Shown one piece after another: positions 44,116 to 56,100 of a stretch of DNA of 64,000 nt. The position numbers and the translations under genes are program-made. Below the pieces are notes generated by a model. That model saw only the letters and a program-made list of their open reading frames with translations, was not told the origin of the DNA and made no database searches. The stretch lies in the IMG/VR virus record IMGVR_UViG_3300005253_000055; one strand, 5' to 3'. Source of the DNA: a virus. The number at the start of each line of letters is the position of its first letter. The first letter of the stretch is position 1.

Positions 44116-44150
44116 AGCGTAATAGGAGAACCTTTACGCTTCCACTTTTT
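44116..44150 (+). terminator. hairpin plus T5 in the convergent intergenic region
   Basis: AGCGTAA / TTACGCT 7-bp stem (44116-44140), then TCCACTTTTT. Confidence 0.35.
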
Positions 44151-44192
44151 CCTCCTTAGTTGATTGATATAACCATGTCCGTTTAACTATAA

Positions 44193-47100
44193 CTAGAATG
44201 TCTTCATATAGTTGATACGTTCTTCTAAATGCTTCAATCCCCTGATCTGATTCCATAATGGAACTACATCCAGTATCTTATCCCCTTTCCAACGTCCCTT
44301 CTTATCTCCCTTCTCATATCTCTGCCACTCGATACCATCAAAGGTAACGGCTGGTAGCATAGAGTATATTCCCTTACCTAACTTCTCTACTACACTGATA
44401 GTAGCCATAGGAGTTCTTAATATCTTACCTGCTTCTATAGGATTGATAAAGAACCATAGCTCTGAATTAAGTCTATATGCCTGGTACACGGCTAAGTCCC
44501 AGAAGAACCTCTTGACTGTTCCTTCCTCTGGTTCATCTCCAGCTTCTAAACTACTTAGAGCTGTTACAAAAATCAATGTTCCTAGCATCAAGACCCCTTC
44601 CTTTATAGTTTGCTGTATAAACATTTTTCTCCAAGCCGGCATTTCATTCCAGTTCTTACTACTAGCAGCAACTATTCCTCCCAATCTCTTATAATCCTGT
44701 ACTACTTCCATCAAAAAGTTTTTGGTAACTACATATCTACCCGGAAGATTAGCTCCAATTGCTTCATTGAATACTGTCTTACCTGCAAATTTCTCCCTAC
44801 CAAATCTAGCATCCCATCCTGGAGCTAACCATCGTCTAAAGAGCATACTCATTCTACCAAGGACTGTTCTTTGCCATACAGTTGTATCCTTTTTGTTATA
44901 GTTACCATGAAGGTGTCTGTAAAGCTCTTTAATCCTCCCTGCAAACTCATATAAGTCTTTAGACAGAATACCTCCTTCCACCAATATACTTCCATCATCC
45001 TTCTTAGATATACTGCTATAGACATCGGGTAGTTCGTTGAATACTTTCTTATTTGCTTTGTCCATAGGCTTATTGTGCTTCTCAGCCCAGTCCATGAAGG
45101 AGTATATCTTCCCTCCTTCTATTCTATGTGATTTAGCAAGAGACAGAGCTAGTTGAGTCTGCATCGTATGTTCCCCCATGTTGATCATAAACATGGAAGC
45201 TCCCATATTCAATCTTTTTAGTATTGACTCCTCCTTTAACGGATTACCAAATTCATCAAAGGTCTGGTATATATCATATGCTTCCATATATCTACCAAAT
45301 GTAGACTCTGTAAACCTTTTGGTAGTATCTGACATAAACTCAGGAAGTAATTTTATATACTCCTTAGTCGCCCATCTATAATCTGCACCAGTATAGAACA
45401 AGCCACCTGCCGTCATGATTGAGTTCATGAACTGACCTATTGTCATGTTATTAATTCCGGCTGACAGGTTGAATCCTAGTTGTAGTAATGCAGTAGATCT
45501 AGTTATTGTATCTAATACCTTAGCTTTATTAATCTTAGTTCCAAACAAGTCCCCCTCAAACTCCTTGTACTCCCCATATACAACCATGTCCAGATAAGAA
45601 CTGATTCTCCTATATGCATTAGATGTTCGAGGATTGATAGGAGATTGCTTTGGAGCAGGAGCACCTTCTGGAGTAACGGTTTTAATACTGCCCTTAGAGT
45701 CTACAACCGTTCTCATTCCTACTAAGTATTTGACTGCATGTAAATCAGGAGCTATAGAACTCATAGCACTGTAGTTCCTGCTCATGGTCATGAACCTAAC
45801 TAAGTTTGATACCATATCCAAAGAAATTGCATTAGTATCCATTCCATTTTCCCCTCCTACCGTACTAACATATTTAACAGGAACCAGTTTGAATGGTCGA
45901 TCCTGTCCATCTCTTCGTTCAATTGCATATTCCGTATTCTCTTCAGTTATCTGACTAGCCAATCTTAGTTCATGCTTCATAACACTAAGAGGCCCTTGAC
46001 CTTCTGACAATCGTTCTTGTGTTGGTTTAAGAATAGGTATAAGCTGATTACCCTTTCTATATATTGCAGGAAGCTTTTCTTGTGCACTTCCGTAAAACTT
46101 ATTGAAGAAAGTAATAAACTCCTGCTCCTCTTTAGCTAATTTCTTAAACTCGGAAGTTCCAGGAATAATATAATCTCCAGTAAGTTCTCCATCTTGCTTT
46201 ATAAGCATGAAGTCATAGAACTTTCTGTAATTAAATTCACTTACTCCTTGAGACTTCTTATACTTTCTAAGAGCTTCTGATTGTTTTTGTAACTCTCCAT
46301 GAACAAAGCTATTCATACTCTTTGCTATAATAGCTCTCTTACGTTCTACAGCCTTCGCTGTGAGAGCTAAGATAGGATCTACGGAACTAACCATTGCTCC
46401 GACCCGGTGCATTCCCTCTGTTATATCTTCACCTATGCTGTTAAGAGAATTACGTAAGTCCTCCTTAGTTAAATTCACATCTCTAGTATAAGGAAATAGA
46501 AACTCTACACTATTTTCCAGAGCTACTTCCCGGTATATAGATTGTACGTCCTGGACAGCCTTAAGTACTGGTGAAATATATTTATCTCTATATTGTCTGT
46601 CAATCTTTAATCCTTCCTCTCCAAACTCCCCATACATCTCCTTAAATCCTTCTTCGATTAATCCAAAGGAACTTGCATAATCTAAGAGCTTTTCAAGCTT
46701 CACTAGCTTCTCTCTAGGAGTACCAGCCGCAGCTTCTATCTCATCTAAGTCTTCTATTACGGCTCCCGCTTGGGCATTAGCGAACCGGGTATACTCTAGT
46801 ATACCCTCTTTATATTGTACTTCCTCAAGTCTTCTTTCCAATTGCTCCCTCAATTTAACGAGGCTTGCATGGCTTTTTCCCTCTCCAATTTGCCGCTTAT
46901 AGATCGCTAATTTGTGTTTGAGACTATCTATCACTTTTTGGAGAACGTCTAGCTGTCGTGAAATTTGATTATCTCTGGTGGCAAATACAGCGTATCTGAG
47001 TTCGTCAGATTCCGGGGCTATCTTACCCTCCTGTCTGTTCATAGCTTCTTGCGTCTTTCCAAACAACTCTTCTAAGACACTGCCACTTATATCAACTCCA

Positions 47101-50100
47101 AGTACAGTATTCAAAGCCTTGATCATAAGATCAACAAACTCACTCCATATTGTAGTGTTCTCTTTCTTACCTTCTATGTAACTCAGTTGCCGTTGGAAAT
47201 TTCTATCACTATATGCAGCAGTTATGAACTCCTCTGGACTACTCAATCCTTGATGATCCGCAGGAAACCTATCCGCTTTCTTAACTCTATCCAGCATATC
47301 TACTACCTCTGCACTATACTGTCCATCTCTTGATAGTAAAGGCATTGTTGCATAGTGTACAGCTTCATGTGTTAAGGCAAGAGTAAACTCCTCTATACCT
47401 AAATCCTCTCTGACTACCATACTCCGTTCTCGTAGATAGGCTAGAGCATCGGCCCTCTCTCCTTTTACTTTCTCCGTATTTACCTCAAAAGTCCCCTCCC
47501 TAAAGTCTACTTCTTCCCTTAATTTATCTATAAGTAACTGTATATCTTCATCAGCAGATAAAAAGTCAGTAGTATTAAAGAAGGTCTGTAGATTCATCTC
47601 CCCCTTTTGTCGTCTTCGAGTAGCAACAGTATTGGTTCTCAGTGAGAATATAATCCGATTATCTCTATCCTCATGTATATTATAGTTCTTTAACTTATAA
47701 GAATCTGTTATAATCTTCACTCTTTTAAATAGACCTTGGTCATTGAGCTTCTTAAGTAAAACTCTCTTATTAAGTCCTCTATCGAAAGCTACCATAGCTC
47801 CAGGCCAATCTGTTGTCACACCTAAGCCAGGAAGATACGTCTTACTTGACCCTCTTTTGGCAATAAATGACTTAGAAGTATCCTCATAAGATCCTCCATA
47901 AGGTACTAAGTCCTTAACGTGAGCATTATTTTCTATAAACTGCTCCATAAAGGGTTCCCCAAATACTTGTTCCTTCTCAAATTGTATCATGGAATCCCGG
48001 AAGTAGTCAGCCATAGACTCTTGAGTGAAAGAATACTGGGGATCACTCCATACTTCTATTGGTACTAAGTCAATGATTGAATCAACAGTAGGGGTCATAC
48101 CTTTGGAAAGAATAGTATAATGAATCAAGTTTTTTCCAAACTCTTTAGTTTCAGAATTTTTAAGAATCTCTCGGAAGGCAATTGTTAGATCATCTTGTTC
48201 TCTCTGAGATAATCCATATCCTCTTTCTACTGATACAGTATTGTATCTATTGTCCCTATCCATATTATCTCTATGAGGTAACAATCTAGCAAGTAGTCTG
48301 TTATCCTTCATAGCTGGCAGTTCCTTCACTTTTTGCAATTGTATATCAATCGAATTAGTTCCTACCAGTAGCTCTTGTACCTTCTTCTCCGTGAATAGAC
48401 CTTGTAACGGCCCCCCTTCTATTGTCATAAGCCAGAGGAAGGAGTCGTTGTTGATCAAGTTCATTTGATCTGCTGTAAGGTTATCTTTATTGAGATGAGA
48501 GACCATTCTACGCTTTATGTTAGTTAGTCCATCTCTAGTAAAAGGAAAGAACTGAGTTGAGAAATCTTTAGCCGCATTTATAACACCGTTAAAGGTTGAA
48601 GTCATTGGATAATCTCTTCCGTCTAGAACTCCTTCTACTCCTGTAATAATATCATTCCTTCTTTTTCTTCCCTCTCGTTCTTCTACTGGTGTACCATTTG
48701 TTACAGAGTCAATCAAGTCATCTCTTGCCTCAATAGCTGCAATAGTATTGATAGTTCCAGGAGTATCAGAACTAAAAACTCTGTTTACTTCTACTAACTT
48801 TCTCCCTGCTATATGAAGGAAATAGAAGGTAGATAGAAGTTCCATCTGTCCCTCAGCTTCACTTATCTCCTTTCCTATATTTCTTGCTAATACCTCTGTA
48901 TCTATATTATATAGCCGATCTGTTCTACCTCCTAGCTTTTCTATTAAACTCTTTAAGTTTGCTGGAGTATTATCCCCACGTAGGTATTTCGTAGTCAACT
49001 CTAGAATAACTGGTTGATTAGTTAGAAGTACTGCTAGATTATTAGCGGCTGCCTCCCATTCACTAGAGGCTACGTTAACTACACCTAGTCTTAGTAGTAA
49101 GTTAATGACAGGAGTAGTAAACTCATTATCATTAATAGATCCAAGTACAGGGTCTTTAGTATTATCTAAAGCCGCTGACAGTCTAATAGATAAATTGTCA
49201 GTAATCAAACGACCATTAGTATCCTTAACTCTATTGAGCTTAGTATACTTTTCTCCATCTACTATAACGGTGAAGTTACCTTGCAACCTTAACCCCCCAT
49301 CTGATCTAGCATATTGTCCGATAGTCTGTCCTTTTAAAGCACTAGCATAGGTACTGATACCCCTACTTGCTGCCTTATTACGTATACTCATTTCTATCTC
49401 TGTTCCCGGACTATTTACATTTGCAAAAGGGTTACCTTTTGACTTCTTGGGTCTGAGTTTATTTGCAGCTTCGGTTAATACAGAACTATCTACACTTTCC
49501 AACATTTCCTCTAAGTGAGCAGGATTAGTCAGAATCGAAGTATTAATATCTATTATCAGATTCTCAAGTCCTTCTCTAGTATTATCCTCTAAGTCTTCCG
49601 TGTTGTATTCAATCTTAGTTATAGTAGGATTAGTTGCACCTAGTCGTTGTTTTTCTGATTCTAGTTTGGATAAAGCATATTGTACTGATAGTGCGAAGTG
49701 ACCTTTGAATTTTTCGGGATATTCAAGGGCAATGTCCTTTGCACTTTCCGGTGTGTGCATTAAACGGCTTAGAATATGGCTCTCCGAGGAATCAAACTTA
49801 TAACCCTGTTTTTCTAAGGTGGCTGCAAAGTTACCCATTGGGTTCCACTTTTCCCCTGTCTTAGTAGTGTATTCCACTTTAGCATTAGGCATCATAAGGA
49901 ATACCTTATCCATATCGAAGTCTGTACCCATTTGAGTAGTGATCTCGCCAGGAACTAGGATTACCTTACCCATTGACTCAGGCAAAATTCTAACTATTCT
50001 AAGTGGAATCATAGAGTTCTTACCATGTCCAGGAATTCTATACCCCACAAGGGTTCTTAACTCTCCCGGTATCCCTTCAATATTCGTTATACCGAGTTTT

Positions 50101-53100
50101 TGAGCTAACTTATAAGGAAGAGCTACTTCGGCTCCTATTACCTTCCCATCTTTATTTCTTACAAACCCTAACTCTTTAGTTCCTTTTTCTTCCTGTACTC
50201 CTCCTAACTCTGCTATCTGTACTAAACTAGCACCGTTAATAGTCTGATTAATAACATTCTTCTTGAATAAAGAAAGTATTATCTGTTCAAATCTCTTCTG
50301 ATAAGCTGGAAATGCAAGGGGTAATTCAAAGGTAACATCATTCTCCGTTTTTATAATGTTTAAGGCCCTTTCATAATTCTCCGGTAAATCTCTCTCTTCT
50401 ATACTCCTCTTTATTACCCTTCCTAAGTTCGTATAAAACTTCTCTTTCTCTTCCAACCCCTTTATCTCTTCTTTAATAATCTGAACTTGATCTGGATGAT
50501 AAACTACAATTTCGTCTACGTCCTTAATACCATAAGTAGTCTTAGTCTTAGCTTCTGCATCCGTAGTTACCCACTTTGAGATATTTAATTTTACCTCATA
50601 GATATGTGTACCATAGACCTTAGCATCTTCTCGTGTAAGCGCAAAGTTTATTCCTCGTCCTTCATGTGCTTTACCTTGAAGACTCAGATCGAAGTTCTTT
50701 ATATCCGGACTGTTCGACCCATGATAATACGTCTCTTGTGTAATAGAATTAGGAAAAGGAGTTTCTGTAACAATTTCTTTAGTATAACCTAACTGCTTGT
50801 TTAAATCGTCAAGTGACCTACCTACAAGTTGTTCTGTTACATTATGATAAAGATCAAAGAGTTCTTCTCCCCCTATCTTCTTACCGCCTAAGATGTATCC
50901 CTGTGTCCATTGTCCTTTCTTACCTCCAACTTCATCTGACAGCATATTAGATATTATATGCTTCCTTGCCTGAGTACTCATCATAACAGGCTTATCATTT
51001 TCCGGAACTATCTGAGGAATCCTTTGAAACCTTGTTTCTAACTCAACTGTTTTCCAGTTACTAAGATCATCATTTATATCCTTTATACCACTGAGATCAA
51101 GACCAACCTTTCGGGCTGATTCCATGTTAACCTCGTCTATTCCCTGCTCCTCCATCGCCAGTCTCAGTTTCTCAAAAGCAGGAGAGGCTTTAGTAAATTC
51201 TCTAAGAAGAGGAAAGACAACGTGTTTATCTACAACCCGAACTACTCTGTTATCAACATCTAAATGGAATCCATCATAGATAGTTTTAATAGGATTTAAC
51301 AAAGGTCTTATTCCATCTGGAGTTACAAATTCCCCTCCAGCTTGATAATTCTTATAAGCTGCTTCGTGTTCATCAAGCCATGTTCCTTGCCCCTCCATCT
51401 TATGCCTGTGCTTATCTAAACTAATAAAGCCCATCGAGTCTGTTTTATTAGCCCCCTTTCTATTAGGATTACCGGGTTCTTTTCTATAAGGAGCGATAAC
51501 CTTTGCAGCTTCCTCAGTCGTAGTAGGAATAATCTTTTCAAGCCCGTCCAGTGTCTCAATATCCTCTTTAAATACATCCTTAAGAATAGAAGTAGTGTAC
51601 GTCCTCTTGTCTCCATAAGAGTCATTTAAGTCACTTAACTCCAGAGTTTCCATACCAGGAGTGGTAAGGGTTGCTGCTCTCTTATTAAAGTTATCGTAAT
51701 CAGTATAAAAAGCCAAATCCCCTGCTATCAATCTCCTAAGTTCATTTTTAACTATAATGTCAGAAATCACATAATCTCTAACCATCTCCCTCCAAGGATC
51801 TGTGTTCTTATCTGCTGGATACAACTTCCTCCAGTCAGGAGATACCGACTTCTTGTTTATCTTAAGGTTGTCTAATCTTGCTAATTCCGTAGTTAATTCA
51901 TTTTCAATAAATTGATTAATCTCCTTTTGAAGATCTCCCATGAGATTCTTATTAGCATCAGTAGCTAACTCAACTTCAATCTGCTTTGCAGTCATATCTT
52001 CAACCATCTTCCGAATTTGCTGTGCAGTCTTAGATTTATTAAGAAAGGGGAGTAAAGTGAATTGCTGAGAGTTCTCTGTATAGTTCTTATATGTACTAGG
52101 AGTTCTTTTCTCCCTCTGCATCTTAGCAATATCTTGATAGAAGTAACTCATTAACATAGCTCTAACACCCATTGTATAGGTATTATGTTTGAGACTATCT
52201 TTCATACTTAGTCTAGGTACTACTGCAAACAGTAACTTCGACCTATCAGCAAAGAGGGGAAAGGCTATATGCATTACGTTTGGAGCCGCACCATTGACAA
52301 AAGCATTGTATCTTAAAACAGTTTCGTCTATCTCATTTAGGTTAGCAAATGTCTTCTTAGCTTCTATTTCTCCTTTGCGTTTATATGCACTGAATTGATA
52401 CTTGCGAAGGATTCGTCTAAACTCCGGTTGCTCTAAGATTTGATCTAAGAATATAGATTTATACAATCTATTACCTGTAGGATTATACCATACATCCTTA
52501 TCGTACATTTCTACGAAGCTAGATCCTTCCTTCTTAAACTCCTCAAATACCCTATCAAGAGTACTAGGCATGTTTATAGGATAAACTGTCTTCCCCTCTT
52601 CATTTATATAGGAGTCTGTAGTGTTAGATTCAAAGTTCTTTTGTACTGAAATAGGACGGGTAAGGATACTTATATCTACATCATAGATATTCTGACCGTT
52701 CTTTAAGTCAGTGACTAGCTTACTAAACCCATATGTTTCCCCTATTCCTATAATATATCTGTATAAATTAGCACCAGAATAGTAACTTCCATCTGCCTCA
52801 ACACCAGTTTCAAGTGCTAGTTCTAGGTTTTCTTGACTAATATCAGCACCTATAATCTCTAAGAACTCCTGAAGAACGGGAGCTCTCTTAAGTACCTCAG
52901 ATAGATCTTCAATTACCTTTGCTCTATCCTCTAAAAGAGGAAGCAAGGTTTCAAGTTTCTGTACCTGTCTCTGATCAACTTCATACTCTAGATTCTCTCC
53001 CTTAATAAACAAGTTGTCCTTTGCATTCCCTCTCCATCTCTCTAATATACGTCCCTCTGGTCTGGAAGCATTACTGTTGTAGGATCTTACAGTGACAGTC

Positions 53101-56100
53101 TTTGTATCGTCTTCATACGTCTCCTTCTCTATAAAGCCCATAAACTCATTAGAAACTAACATCATGTTTCTATAAAAATCTGCCATGAGTCTGGGATCGT
53201 ACTCTGGAGAAGACACCTCACTCTTTCTCCTCAATGCTTCTCCTACCTTTCGGAGCTTCTCTAGTTTAGACGATGTTAGTCTAAATATTGCATCTTCAAG
53301 TTTCCTTGAAGTCGTTGTTATTTGTAAGACATCTGAGTATAGCTCATTGAAAGGTAGGTAGTTATATTGTTTCTTTTCAGGAGTTGAAAGATAACTTTCC
53401 TGATCAGTTTTTATAGTAGATAGAAACAACTTAACTTGACCACTCAGTTTATCTTTCATTGATTCTTCTAAATGAGAACCGATAAGATGATCTTTCTCGT
53501 ATCTTTCAGGATCATCTGCTGCTTCTACATCATCATATCTTACCCTATGACCAAACTCTTTTAATTGTCTCTCTGCTTCTTCTCTCCATCCTCTTCCCTC
53601 TGGAGGTAAGTTCCCGTAAGGTTGTTCACTTGTATTCCAATTCTCATATATATGTCTGAATAGGAAGAAGTTCTTACTAAGTCTTACTCCTTTACTTGTT
53701 TGCATAATCTTTAAAGACGGAACAGTAAAGGATTTTATTGAATCATAAACCTTCTTGGCCTCGTCTACACCTAGATTATTACCTGTCTTAGCATCCAGAA
53801 TAGCATTACTAAGTAAGCCATTACGTATCCTTTCGTAGGTTATGAGAGGAGACTCTACTCTGCCTTCCGCAGCAATCTTCTTCTGCTCATCTAGAAATGC
53901 CGAGTTGATAGTTCTAAGAAGATCCTCCTTAGCTTGAGAGCTAACAGAAAACTGCAGGGAGAATACTGTATTGAAGTCACCCTCAGGGCCTAGTATGTCC
54001 GCCGGCTCCTCTTTTTCTAGCGGGGCTTCTCCAAGTGTAATATCAGAAGGCTTCCCAATGTTCTCTTCTAACAAAAGTTGTATGTCCTGGTATATACTAC
54101 CATTCTTGTTTACAGCATTCGTTAGAAGAATACCGCCAGCAGGATGTTCCTTAGATGAAGTTAGATAGTTAATATAACTATCGTAGGTATCGTCAAAGGT
54201 TACTCTACTCTTATACTTTCCTACACTATTTATTAAGTCCTTTCTTACATTATATCTCTTGTTTTTAAGAAAGTTTCTTAGATTTTGTTCTATAGGATAA
54301 GTACTTATAGCTTTACTAGATATAAACTTCTCAGTTTCTTCATCGTACTTTTGAGGATAAACCGTTCCCTTAACCTTTGTTAGTTCTTCCTGATCTATCT
54401 TTATAACTTCTCCCTTTCCACCTTTTCCAGCAGATGTAGTATCATTAAAGAGAATAAACATTCCTTCCGTTCCTTCTCTTACTTGAAGGAAGAACTTATT
54501 ATCTCTAGTCTCTATAGCAGAATCCGTAAACAAAATATGTTCCAACTCCGTTATGTCCCCTTTTCTTAAAAGATTGATCGCTGTATCTACAGCATCATCA
54601 GATAGGAAAGAGGTATGTAGTTGAAGTGCTTTATATATACCGGATGGAGACATAAAGGCTGTATAGATAAGTCCCTGTTTTGACATTTCTGGACCGCCTT
54701 CTAAATAGACTGCTCCAAGATCCGAGATCATCTTCTCGTCACTGAGATTACTTTTGTCTAATTCAATCTTTGTACCTTCTGCAAACTGACTACCTTTAGT
54801 GGTAAGTATAGTAAGAGGAACTGACTCTAATTCAAACTTATTTCCCTTCTTCGGAACCCATTGAGTTTGGAGAGTGGTTATAGAAATATTAGCTCTAGGA
54901 ACGGTCATGATGTTTGCGTTACCAACTACCTTGCTATAATCTCTATGGTTTTGATTATCTTTGGTAGTAGTACGCATTTCCACTTTCTCACCTGCCTGAA
55001 GTCTGCGGTATAATTCCTTTCTCCCAAGATTGATCGATTCTCCTTCTACTTCCTTATTCCCTGCTAACTTAGCAGCTCTGATTCCACTTTCTTTTATTAC
55101 TACGAAGATAGGATGTTGATTCCATTCTTCTCCTTTAAACTCTTCTTTATGCTCATCCCACCACTTGCTTTCTCCTTCTTTTACTAACTCTAGTTCTACA
55201 ACAGTACCAAGAGGTAGGTTAGGACTAGCTATAATATCCCAATTAATTTCTTCTTCTGGATTAGCTACGATTGGTTCACCATTCGCTAAGACAATTTTCT
55301 TGTCGTAGAACTCTCCTTCGTTTTTATAGTAACCTCCAGATGTAAGTACAGTAGTAGAAGATGTTTCTGGTTTTGTCTTAGGTTCATAGGTATCAGGTGC
55401 AGTTTCTTGACTACGCTCCAGAGCGTCTTCTATCTGTGGAGCTACAATCTCTATATCCTCTCCTGTTATAATCCCAAGCCCCTCTTCTACCATCTCCTGT
55501 TCTCGGTCAGTAATTTCCTTAAGGAGTTTTTCTTTCTGTTCTAGTGTTTCTTCTGTAGTTATATCTATTACGTTACCTGTCTCCGGATGTTTCCAAAGTT
55601 GTACTCCCCCCTCATCATACTCCTTTATATAACCTTGTTCTATTAACTCAGTATCTGTAAGTGGAACTTCGGTAGGAGAAACATGCTCTTCTACTAATTC
55701 ATCTATAGCCTCCTGAGCTTCTTCACTAGTAGTCTCTTTTTTTAACTCTTCTAGAGTCTCAGGTTTTGTCCCTTCAAGGTCTTTCTTTACCCGTTCCTTT
55801 GTTGTTGCTTTCTTTTTCTCTCTTTCTGATTTAATCCTAGCTGCCTCTTCTTTGACAGCCTGTTCTGTTGCCTTTTCTTTACTTTCTAATCTCTTTAGCA
55901 TAGACTCTCGACTAGCTTCTGCGATCTTAGCAGATTGTATTTTATTTCTAGCTTCCGTAAGAAGTTTACTTCGATCTGCTACACTAAGCTCATTAAAGTT
56001 CTCAAATTGCTCATTAAGGTAATCGGCAACTTCTTTCCTAGCTGCCAACTGTTTCTTAGTTATATCTTCCTTCAACATTACCATTACCTCACTATTCTCA

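Noticed and set aside
44071-44145. tRNA-like signal on the minus strand: GGTTCAAATCC T-loop-like sequence, with a possible 7-bp acceptor pairing (GGAAGCG / CGCTTCT) spanning about 70 nt
   Set aside because: No cloverleaf can be drawn. The T stem has only 3 bp (GGG/CCC), there is no D arm with a GG loop, and there is no 5-bp anticodon stem. The competing hairpin AGCGTAA/TTACGCT overlaps the would-be acceptor. It is better read as terminator hairpins in the convergent gap, or at most a decayed tRNA remnant.
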